Positions 1 through 10,770 of a stretch of 41,460 nucleotides of DNA are shown here, one piece after another (within the stretch, counting starts at the first letter, position 1; the number at the start of each line of letters is the position of its first letter). Source of the DNA: Chiloscyllium plagiosum (taxonomy: Eukaryota); the NCBI RefSeq assembly GCF_004010195.1, contig NC_057758.1, positions 5,174,396 to 5,215,855 on the forward strand, written 5' to 3'. The notes under the pieces were generated by a model that saw nothing but the letters and a program-made list of their open reading frames with translations, ran no database searches and was not told the DNA's origin. Position numbers and translations under genes: made by a program.

Positions 1-1255
1 TCATAAATCCTGTCTCTCAGAATCCTCTCAAATAATTTGCCCACAACTGACGTAAGACTTACTGGTGTTTAATTCCCAGGATTTTCCCTATCCCTTTACT
101 TGTACAAGGGAATAACATTTGTTACCCTTCAATCATCTGGAATTACTCCAGTAGACAGTACAGACGTACAGATCATCTCAAATGGCACAACAATTTATTT
201 CCTCACTTCCTGTCATAACTTCGGCTATATCCTCTCTGGCCCAGGAAACTCAACTGTCGTGACGTTTTTCAAAATTTTCATCCCATCTTTTTTCCTAACA
301 GGAGCCTGTGTCACGCTATCCTTCCAAAAGACACGATCCCTCTCAGGAATCAACACTGAAGCAAAGTATTTTGTCCGGACGTCCCCTTCCTCCTCTGACT
401 ACGGCTCAATAACTTTCCACGATCCTTGATCGGCCATAACATCATTCCGAGCTGAACATGTGTTGCTGGAAAAGCGCAGTAGGCCAGGCAGCATCCAAGG
501 AGCAGGGGAATCGACGTTTCGGGCATGAGCCCTTCTCTCCTGAAGAAGTGCTCATTCTCGAAATGTCGATTTTCCTGCCCCTTGGATACTGCCTGACCTG
601 CTGCGCTTTTCCAGCAACACATTTTCAGCTCTGATCTCCAGCATCTGCAGTCCTTACTTTCTCCTCATAACATCATTCCGGCCATCCTCTATTCCTCATA
701 GAAATGTGGAACACTTTGGCGCTTTCCTTCATCCTACCTGTCAATTCTTTTCCATGCCCCCCCTTGTAGCTGTCCAGATTCCATTCGTCAGTTCCTTTCT
801 GGCTAACATTTAACCCGCTAAAGCTCTGTGGAATCCTTGATTCCTCAACTTTAAGTAAGCTTCCATTTTCCTCTTGATGATATGTTTCACAAACCTGATC
901 ACGCACGGTTCTTTCAACCTACCATTCCGGCCTTGCCTCAGTGGGTCAACCATGTTCAGCACTATGAGCAACTGCTTCCTAAACAACCTCTCAACTTCTG
1001 TCGTGCATTTCCCTGAGAACATATGTCCCCAATGCAGACGGACAGTTTCTGTCTAATAGCATTGTCATCCTCGATACCACCTGCTCCTAACCCTCTTCAG
1101 GAGTACAGGAAATGTCATGGAATTAGAATCAATATCTCTGTAATACTCTTCCATCGAGAGGTCTGACACCTGGTATGTTTCGTTGCCAATCACCAAATCC
1201 GAAATGGCCTCCACTCCAGTCAGTCTAACTGCATATTGCATCTGTATCCGCTGTT
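1..1255 (-). mobile_element. Decayed CR1-clade LINE ORF2 fragment
   Basis: Minus-strand fragments resemble the CR1 endonuclease-RT linker and RT N-terminus. The same element continues upstream in copy 2 (14500-17425). Boundaries approximate. Confidence 0.75.
450..665. mobile_element. Palindromic Penelope-like element terminal fragment with 15-bp TSD
   Basis: Imperfect inverted repeat of about 80 bp (TGTGTTGCTGGAAAAGCGCAG...CTGCGCTTTTCCAGCAACACA), flanked by CATAACATCATTCCG at 435-449 and 666-680. Confidence 0.8.
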
Positions 1256-1600
1256 ATTGACCTCCATCGAGTCCCATGGTTTATCACTGAAGACGGGCAA
1301 GGATTCTGCACCTTTTAACTTTATTACATTTTTTAACTTTGTTTTTTTTGGGTTAGATTCTGCTCTGAAGTACTTTTCTACCAAAGATAGTGATGTTAAT
1401 GGTGACGTTACACACATTTCGCTGTACTCCTCTATCACTGCGCTCAGGTACACGTGATAACACAACCAAAACATAATTATTTTTAATGCAAAAAAAATCA
1501 GAAATAAGTCGGGAGAGAAATTCATGAAATAATAAAATCAGTAAACGATGAAACATTCGGCATGTCCTCCAACCATTGGGCAATAAGCACGTTTTCGTAT

Positions 1601-1908
1601 CAGCACGGTGGCTCAGTGGTAAGTACTGCTGACTCACAGTGCCAGGGACCTGGGCAACTGTTTGTGTGGAATTTGCACATTCTTGCCGTGCCTGTGTGGG
1701 TTTCCTCGGGTGCTCCGGTTTCCTCCCACAGTCCAAAGATGTGCAGGTTAGGTGAATTGACCATTCTACATTGTACGTATTTTTAGGTGGATTAGTCAAG
1801 GGTAAATGTAGGAGAACGGGTCTGGGTGGGTTGCTCTTCGGAGGATCGAAGTGGACTTGTTGGGCCTAAGGGCCTGTTTCCACTCTGTAGCGAATCTAAT
1901 GACATCTA
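1601..1908 (+). mobile_element. HE1-type tRNA-derived V-SINE (older copy)
   Basis: A-box-like TGGCTCAGTGG; core TGTGTGGAATTTGCACATTCT...GGGTGCTCCGGTTTCCTCCCACAGTCCAAAGATGTGCAGG; LINE-like tail ending in TCTAA repeats; B-box region deleted. Confidence 0.92.
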
Positions 1909-1939
1909 ATATATTCCAGTTGTAGTGCGAAAGATTTTT

Positions 1940-2700
1940 GGAGACGTACAGCACATAAATAGACCCTTCAGTCCACCTCATCCATGTCGTCCAGATATCA
2001 TAAGCTAATCACACCCCATTTTGCCTGCAATTGGCCCATATCCAACTGAACCCTTCTTATTCATGTACCCATCCAGATGCCTTTTAAATGATGTAATTTT
2101 GCCTACATCTACCACTTCCTCTGATTTAGAGATGCTGGTGTTGAATTGGGGTGCATACAGTTAAAAATCGCACAACACCTGATTATAGTCCAACAGGTTT
2201 AATTGGAAATACTAGATTTCGGAGCGCCACTCTTTCATCAGGTGGTGAAGGAGTGGAGCTCCGAAAGCTAGTGCTTCCAATTCAACCTGTTGGACTATAA
2301 CATCGTGTTGTGTGATTTTTAACTTTGTACTTCCTCTTGCAACTCATTCTTGGCACAAACCACCCTTTGTATGAAAGAACTGTCCCTTCCAATTTTTTTC
2401 CTCTCTCACCGTCAACCATTGTCTTCTAATTCTGATCTCCCCCGCCATGGGTAAATAAAAACCTTGTCTATTTATCCAATCCATACATTTCATAACTTTT
2501 CAAACTTCTATGGGGTCACCCTTCAGGCACCAATACTACAGAAAAAGCAGCCGCTGCCTATTCAACCTATCTCTGCAGCTCAAATCCTCCAACGTTGGCA
2601 AAATCTTTGTAAGTCTTTTCTGTACCCTTTCAGGTTTTGCCATATCCTTCCGCTAGGAAGGAGGCTAAAATTACACACAATATTCAAAATATATGGATTT
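1940..2700 (-). mobile_element. CR1/HER1 LINE 3' end fragment
   Basis: Reverse complement of a shark CR1 3' UTR and ORF2 C-terminus, interrupted by the 2123-2328 insert. Boundaries approximate. Confidence 0.7.
2123..2328. mobile_element. Second family of palindromic Penelope-like terminal fragment with 9-bp TSD
   Basis: Inverted repeat GTTAAAAATCGCACAACAC...GTGTTGTGTGATTTTTAAC, flanked by ACTTCCTCT at 2114-2122 and 2329-2337. Confidence 0.75.
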
Positions 2701-2859
2701 CCTTTGTCTTCCCCGTACCTATGATATTCATACAGGAAACTAATTGACAGACGTAACAAATCTGAACGTTTGTGTAAGGCGGCGATTGTTGCCCATTCAT
2801 AGTTTCTCGTGATAGGGTGGTGATGAGCTTCAGTCTTAAACAATAAGTCTTATTACAGT

Positions 2860-4850
2860 AAGACCTATTATGTTAAGCTTCAATCTACAATTTGAAAGGG
2901 ATAGGGTACAAATGGTAGGGACAATATTTCAGTTGAATAAAGGGAACTATGGAGCTATGAGGGAGGAGCTGGCCAAAGTTCAATGGTGCAATACCTCAAC
3001 AGGGATGACAGTGGAGGAATAATGGCAGATATTTCTAGGTATAATGCAGGAGATGCAGAATCAGTTCATTCCAAAAAGGAAGTAAGATCCTATGAGGAGG
3101 CGGGGTGGCCGTGGCTGACGAGGGATGTTAAGAAACATATCAAGTCAAAAGAGAAAAATAGAGCATAGCAAAGATAAGTGGGAAAACGGAGTACTGGGAA
3201 GCTTTTGAAGAACAACAGAGGATTACCAAGAACGAAATACGCAGAGAAAAAAAATGAGGTACGAAGGTAAACTGGTCAAACATATAAAAGAGGATAGTAA
3301 CAGCTTTTTTAGGTATGTAAAAGGGGAAAAATTGTTAAGACTAAAATTGAGCCCTTGAAGACAGAAACAGGGGAATATATTACGGGGAACAAAGAAATGG
3401 CAGAAGAGTTGAATTGGTACTTTGGATCTGCGTTCACTGAGGAAGACACAAGCAATCTCCCTGAGGTAACAGTGGCTGAAGGACCGGAACTGAAGGGAAT
3501 TTATATGTGCCAGGAATTGGTGTTGGAGGGACTGTTGTCTGAAGGCTGATAAGTCCCCGGGGCCTGATGGTCTGCATCCCAGGGTACTGAAGGAGGGAGC
3601 TCTAGACATCGAGGATGGGTTGGTGATTATTTTCCAGAGTTCGACAGATTCAGAATCATTTCGTGCGGATTGGAGGGTGGCTAATGTTGTACCACTTTTT
3701 AAGAAAGGAGCGAGAGAGAAAGCAGGAAATTATAGACCAGTTAGTCAGACCTTCGTGGTGGGAAAGATGCTAGAGTCAATTATAAAGGATGGAATTACGA
3801 CACATCTGGATAGCAGTAACAGGATAGGTCAGAGTCAGCATGGATTTATGAAGGGGAAATCATGCTTGACTAATCTTCTGGAATTTTTTGAGGATGTAAC
3901 TCTGAAGATGGACGAGGGAGATCCAGTAGATGTAGTGTACCTGGACTTTCAGAAAGCCTTTGATAAAGTCCCACATAGGAGGTTAGTGAGCAAAAGTAGG
4001 GTGCATGGTATTGGGGGCAAAGTACTGAATTGGATTGAAAATTGATTGGCTGACAGGAAACAAAGAGTAGTGATAAACTGCTCCCTTTCGGAATGGCAGG
4101 CGGTGACCAGTGGTGTGCCGCAGGGATCAGTGCTGGGACCACAGCTTCTTACAATATATATTAATGATATAGAAGATGGTATTAATAGTAACATTAGCAA
4201 ANNNNNNNNNNNNNNNNNNNNNNNNNNNNNNNNNNNNNNNNNNNNNNNNNNNNNNNNNNNNNNNNNNNNNNNNNNNNNNNNNNNNNNNNNNNNNNNNNNN
4301 NNNNNNNNNNCAGTTCTGGTCTCCACATTTGAGGAAAGACATTCTGGCTATTGAGGGAGTGCAGCGTAGGTTCACGAGGTCAATTCCTGGAATGGCGGGA
4401 CTATCTTATGTTGAAAGATTGGAGCGACTGGGCTTGTATACCCTTGAGTTTAGAAGACTGAGAGGGGATCTGATTGAGACGTATAAGATTATTAAAGGAT
4501 TGGAAACACTGGAGGCAGGAAACATGTTTCCGTTGATGGGTGAGTCCCGAACCAGAGGACACAGCTTAAAAATAAGGTGTAGCCCATTTAGGACAGAGAT
4601 GAGGAGAAACTTCTTCACTCAGAGAGTGGTGGGAGTATGGAATGCTCTTCCCCAGAAGGCAGTGGAGGTCCAGTCTCTGGATTCGTTTAAGAAAGAGATG
4701 GATAGATCTCTCAAGGATTTGGAATCGAGGGTTATGGAGATAAGGCAGGAACAGGGTACTGATTGAGGATGATCAGCCATGATCATAATGAATGGTGGTG
4801 CAGGCTCGAAGGACAGAATGGCTTCCTCCTGCACCTATTGCCTATTGTCT
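2860..4850 (+). mobile_element. 5'-truncated, relatively young CR1-clade LINE (RT pseudogene plus 3' UTR)
   Basis: Motifs KSPGPDG, WRVANVVPLFKKG, NYRPVS, QHGFMKGKSCLTNL, YLDFQKAFDKVPH, GVPQGSVLGP, RRLRGDLIETYKI, with frameshifts; tail CCTATTGCCTATTGTCT. Confidence 0.95.
4202..4310. other. Assembly gap (109 N)
   Basis: Run of N; the equivalent interval in copy 2 (20249-20629) is 381 bp. Confidence 0.99.
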
Positions 4851-7800
4851 TAAACTGTCCCGCTTCAGATTCTGTTCGCAGACACTTAGTTCATTTCGTA
4901 CGAAAGATCAATACATTCACCAAATAGACTGCATGGTTTATTCATCCAGCCACTGTTCTCCTCATGAGTCTTTTGAATGTCGCGGGTGTGCGTTCTTCAT
5001 TTCAACGTGAATCAATTTAAACTGATATATCTCAATTGGGGTTACAAACGCAGAAATTTCTTTCGCCCTCTCTGATGAAGTTACCTGCCAGTACCCATGC
5101 ATTACGTCTAACTTCGTGATGTAACTGAATTGTCTGACTTTCTTGATATATTCCTTTAATCTCGGAATTGGATGATACCGATTTTGTAACGGCGTTGACC
5201 TTCTGATAATCCATGCAGAATAGTTGAGTCCCGCCCTGTTTGGAAACCGAGACGATCAATGAACTCCACTGTCTCTGGTTTGGTTCGATGACTTCCTTGC
5301 CGGGCAAGACCTCCTCCTGAATCTCGACCTCTTTGGTTTTGAATGGATTAAACCAATAGGAATGTTGTTTTATTGATGCAGTATTCCCTGCGTCTACTTA
5401 GTTTGCAATAGCATTCGTCCACCTCATCTGATTCTTACATATGTTCTGATGCTGCAGTTGCAAATCTGTCGACTGCGTTCTACCCTCCTAAGACTTTTAC
5501 GTCCCTAACATATCCCACTCCTCAGGGATAATTCATTTCTACTGTCCATTTAGAGGCACATCAACTGGATTTGATTCCTCACTCTGTGGTGCAGTACCGA
5601 ACACATGTTTTTGTCCCGTTTATTTCTCCCTAGTACAAAGCTTTTTTTTCAGCATGGTCACATGACATACTCGATACTTTTTTTCTATCTGGTATCTTTA
5701 CTAGATGGTTCACCTGACTGAACTTCTTCCTACTTTGATATGGAGTACTAAATCTGGTTTTGAACGGATTTCCTATTGCATGTAACATTACTAACAAGTT
5801 ATCCCTTCTGGAAAACGTCCGAGTGTCTATCACCTGCTTCATTCTACATTGTGACCTCTTCAGGTGCTGTTTAGCGAACTCACCTAAACGATTTAATATC
5901 TCCCTTACCTCGAAAAAATAACTGAATTGTGAGATCTACGATTTTGGTCCTGTCAATCTATCTTTAGTTCATTTCAAAGGGCCTCTCACTTCATGACCGA
6001 ATATTAACTCAAAGGGAGTGAACTGAATAGATTCGTTTCAGGCACCTCTCATGCCAAACAATGCGAATGGGATACCTTTATCCCAATCATTCGGGTAACC
6101 CTGACAGTGTGCTGTCAACATGATCTTCGGTGTCTGATGGCACCTTTCTCAATCTCCCTGGTACTCAGGATGTTACACACTGGACTTAAAGTGATGTATA
6201 CCTAAGATATCCATAACCCCCTTAATTGACCTTGCAAGAAAATTTTACCAATGGTCCAACTGAATCTCACTGGGTAGCCAACAACCTGTGAAGAAAGCTA
6301 CTAACTCCTTTACTACTCTTATTGAATTGTTACTCCATAATGGAATTGCCTCCAGAAATCTGGTCGATTCCCACTTTTGGATGAGTAGTGGACCGACGCA
6401 ATCAATTATAACCCACATGAAAAGTTCTTCTAATGTAGTAATTGGCAACAAAAGTGCTTTATTTTACGGCCTGATGTTTCACAACTATTTGGCATGTATG
6501 ACACATTCGGCAAAAATAAACCCTATCCTTGTGCATTCCAGGAAAATAAAAACATTTTTGGATCAAAGCCTGAGTTTTCCGTACCTCGAAGTAACTTTCT
6601 ACATGCAGAAAGAGCTTGCACCTCCTATCTGCATGTAGAAAGCAACACAACCTGGTGCGTTTCAGCACATTTTTCCTCGAAACAAACCTGCCGTAGTCTC
6701 CATTTCCGTCTTAGGATTCTATCTTTCAGATGATAATGCTCTGGAACATTCTCTGCCGCCTTTCCAGTGTGCACATTCACATGTACATATTTTATTGTAT
6801 TGTCTTGCTTTTGCAAGTCTCTTCGTCTTTCAGGAATATACATCTCTGTTTGACCGTCTGCCTGATCAGGTTCTTCCTGCACATTTATGTCAAACAGGGT
6901 ATCCACTAACTGACACTCAACTCCTTCGGCTTTCTCTTTACTTTTTGCATCGTGCTCTGACGTATAATAGTGTGATCTGCTTAACACACAAGTGTGGAAA
7001 TACCAGGGTATTTCCGTTTTAACTCATCAGTTTCATGGTCTTCCTTAGGCGGCACAGTGGCACAGTGGTTAGCACTGCTGCCTCACAGCACTAGACACCT
7101 GGGTTCAATTCCTGCCTCAGGCGACTGACTGTGTGGAGTTTGCACGTTCTCCCCGTGTCTGCGTGGGGTTTCCTCCGGGTGCTCCGGTTTTCTCCCACAG
7201 TCCAAAGACGTGCAGGTTAGGTGAATTGGCCATGCTAAATTGCCCGTCGTGTTAGGTAAGGGGTAAATGTAGGGGTATGGGTGGGTTACGCTTCGGCGGG
7301 TCGGTGTGGACTTGTTGGGCCGAAGGGCATGTTTCCATGCTGTACTCTAATCTAATCTAATCTTCTCCACTCTACGGGGTGTCACTCCGAGCTTGGACCC
7401 TGCCAAATCATTCCGAAGGAACAAACTGAATTCATAGAACTTGAACACGTTCAATCACTCACTGTAAATTTCCCAGTCTTGAGTTGGCAATCCAACCTGA
7501 TCTAACATCGGGGAAAGCTAAATTTCTTTCCATCTGTCCCACAAATTACCACACTCTCTGGTAACAGACCAGAAGAAGTGCATATTCGTTCATCGCTTCT
7601 GATACGTGACTCGTTTCATCCTGTATTGCTCAGAACTATAACCTGTTGTCCTTCTCGCCGTTTCTTTGTGAGTAATCGTTACACAGAGTTACATTCTTTA
7701 GAGAGATCAAGTAATAACTTTATACTCAGCTCCTACTGATCTGTGAACTGCACTCTCCTGCACCTGCTCAGCTGTTCTTGGGGTTTTGTTTATTACGTTC

Positions 7801-9200
7801 ATCAATGCTACTGGCTTAGCTTCTTGTCCCACATCTTTTTCCACAGTGCCTTTCTTTAACGGCAGCACTATGACTGTACGTGACCAAATTTCTCGCAGTG
7901 AAAACGCCTGTTCCCAATACCGTTCCGAAACCACTGGCACTCCATTTTCTGTGTCTCACTCAATGTCGGTGAAAACACCTGAGGCCATTGACCTCTTTTC
8001 ACCCTCTTGGAGTTTTTTTTTTAATCCTGTGCGCTCGACTCACTGCTTCGTTGTGTCGGATCTCGCCTTCTCCCAACGTTTCTCCCTCACAGGACGAAAT
8101 TCTGGCCTGAAATTTGTCTTATGAACCAACATGTACTCATCTGCTACTTCTGTGTCCCTTCTCACTTCTTGAACTTTCTGTTACTCCACGTGAAGTCTTA
8201 CCATCTCTGCAAGTGAGTTTTTTAAGCTCCTCCAGTAGAATAATCTCTCTGGGTTCCTCAAGCGTCTTATCTATTTTCAAACCACATATCCATTGATCCA
8301 AATGACTATGTTGAATTCTTTCGAACTTAACATAATTTTGACCATGTTCCTTCTTTGTGTTTAGAAACTGCTGCCGCTAATATTCCCAAACCAATTCATA
8401 AACATTTAAAATAGCCTGTTTAACATCTTAATAATCACTTCACACCTCGTATGACAGTGTGGCAAATACCTCACTGGCTCTACCTACCAGTTTAAACTGA
8501 ATGGGAAGTACCTGTAAATCCTCAGACCATTCCATCTGCCCTGCCCATTTTTCAAATGAAATAAAGAAGGTTTCAATGCCTTTCTCAGCAAAATCTAGAA
8601 GGGTTTTGGCACATTTATATATCACTACCTCATTTATACATTATATATTTATCATTTACAAAGCAAAGCAATCTCAAAACCAAGCAGCTTTCAGTTCTGT
8701 TGTGTATTCCTGTCTTCTTTTCTTCTTCGGGATTCTGCTTTACGGTTTAATGCTCGATAAAAGTACCTTTAAGAGAGAAATTCTCGGGCAGTCTTTTTAC
8801 ATTTTGGTGGCTTGCGAGTTCTCCTCTCAACTGTTCAATTTTACCTGACCTCATACTCCCAAAACACAGATTATGTCATTGGGTTTTAAGAATGTCAACG
8901 TACTAAACTCAAATTAGATTGTACTTTAGTGTTTATTGGGTATACCATAAACTGATTGGCCTAATTCAAATCTCCTTCTTTGTCTTTAGAAAACCAACTA
9001 CCCACGCTAACCAACGAGTGGACCACATGTTACATCGTATGTTTTTCAGAACACTTAGTGCTGTCACTGCTAGTTTTAACTCTCGTAAAGGTATAATACA
9101 CCCACATGTTCATAACACACTTTATGTTTTGGTCTTCCTTGTAATAATGTAATCCATTTTGCTCTTAATTTATTTTGAAAATTTGTTTGCTCAAGTCTTT
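4851..9200 (-). mobile_element. Decayed Gmr1-like Ty3/Gypsy LTR retrotransposon internal region (gag-PR-INT-RT)
   Basis: Minus-strand order: gag-like ETFFISFEK...KLVGRASEVFATLS (~8440-8625); degenerate CCHC (~7930-7990); protease-like VIVLSNTG (~7600-7645); integrase His/Cys finger (CRMCHTCQ) and IDCVGPL (6245-6668); RT WSSLIV..MDYQKVNAVTK (5032-5307). Many stops and frameshifts. Confidence 0.88.
7048..7361 (+). mobile_element. Full-length young HE1-type SINE, present only in copy 1
   Basis: A box TGGCACAGTGG 7058-7068, B box GGTTCAATTCC 7102-7112, V-SINE core, (TCTAA)3 tail. Empty site CTTCCTTAGGCTTCTCCAC in copy 2 near 23490. Confidence 0.96.
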
Positions 9201-9204
9201 GGTC

Positions 9205-9498
9205 AATGTTGTGCCAAGGGGTGCTTACGGGTTTTGTGGTAAGTATTGGAGACAGCATCGTTACGTTGGCATAATCCGTTGGGTTTTCGGATAGATCGTT
9301 GGTCTGTATTCTGTTCTCTTTTGCTTGTATTTTGTTCAGTATTCTTGTTAATAAATTTTGTTCATTTTGAACATAATTGGTTTGAACAGCTGCATCCCTC
9401 CTCGACTATCAGCATTACTTCTGCTTACAACAACCCGCAAAGATGGAGTCTGACTACTTCTTTAAGTGTTTTGAGGGTATCTGGCCTGGCACATAACA
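9205..9498 (+). mobile_element. 3' part of a Gypsy-type LTR
   Basis: AATAAA near 9350, ends in CATAACA; its reverse complement aligns by eye with the solo LTR at 30475-31233. Confidence 0.65.
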
Positions 9499-9708
9499 CC
9501 GTATTGGGCTTACCTTCCATTGAATCAAATGTTGTTACAACATGATCTTTCTCTTCGAATCTTTGAGCCTTACACATATCATGGAATATTCGTTTCTCCA
9601 TTTATTCATTCCATGGAATATTGTTTCCTGACCATGTACAGTGATTTTAGATTTATCAAAGCGATGATTACTTACTCCATATGACGCCTGTTTCTGCACA
9701 TGTCGGAT

Positions 9709-10770
9709 CGCCCAGGATTACATTTTTATGCCTGACATACAGGCAGCGATTGAATTCGGGTAGACATCAACATCCTCTGAGAACACTATGATCAACTCTC
9801 AACAATTCACAAGTTGGTTCTGCTTTCCATGTAAAAAAGCTTGCTGAAAAGGTCATATGTTGAATGCTACCTGAATGATTCAAATTCTTGCCGTTGATCA
9901 AATTCTGTCCTCATGAAGGAATTTTGCAAATGTATTTGCTGATTATTGTGCTCGTTTGTCTTCATGTAGGTTTGTTGGTTCCTTTGTTTGTTTGGAATGC
10001 ATGTGAAATAGGATTGCAAAAAATGCACTTAATCCTTTGAAACTATTAACTGAAATCACCATTTTATGAATTCTTTGAAGATCATTAATTGCATGATCAG
10101 ACACGACAAAAGAAAATCGATAAACATTTTTTTTTTAACCAAACGATAATTCGAGGTATACCAGAAGAATAGTATAGTACTAAGCTATTTGGCAGTGTAT
10201 GTTATGAAGATGATACTCAGAGGCTGCAGAGTGACTTGCGCCCAGGATTACATTTTTATGCCTGACATCCAGGCAGCGATTGAATTCGGGTAGACATCAA
10301 CATCCTCTGAGAACACTATGATCAACTCTCAACAATTCACAAGTTGGTTCTTCTTTCCATGTAAAAAAGCTTGCTGAAAAGGTCATAAGTTGAATGCTAC
10401 CTGAATGATTCAAATTCTTGCCGTTGATCAAATTCTGTCCTCATGAAGGAATTTTGCAAATGTATTTGCTGATTATTGTGCTCGTTTGTCTTCATGTAGG
10501 TTTGTTGGTTCCTTTGTTTGTTTGGAATGCATGTGAAATAGGATTGCAAAAATTGCACTTAATCCTTTGAAACTATTAACTGAAATCACCATTTTATGAA
10601 TTCTTTGAAGATCATTAATTGCATGATCAGACACGACAAAAGAAAATCGATAAACATTTTTTTTTTTACCAAACGATAATTCGAGGTGAGTACCAGAAGA
10701 ATAGTATAGTACTAAGCTATTTGGCAGTGTATGTTATGAAGATGATACTCAGAGGCTGCAGAGTGACTTG
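9709..10770 (+). repeat. Tandem duplication of a ~530-bp unit (9709-10238, 10239-10770), copy 1 only
   Basis: Both units begin CGCCCAGGATTACATTTTTATG and end GAGTGACTTG; single unit in copy 2 at 25833-26364. Confidence 0.96.

Noticed and set aside
450..665. miRNA precursor or DNA-transposon MITE
   Set aside because: The hairpin is asymmetric within the insert and has a long TSD and Penelope-type motifs; there is no expression evidence.
1353..1799. 148-171-aa ORFs overlapping SINEs (also 17452-17967, 34640-34987)
   Set aside because: Chance antisense frames through the HE1 core (LDCGRKPEHP).
7048..7125. tRNA gene
   Set aside because: The A and B boxes belong to the tRNA-derived head of a SINE and run straight into the SINE core and tail.
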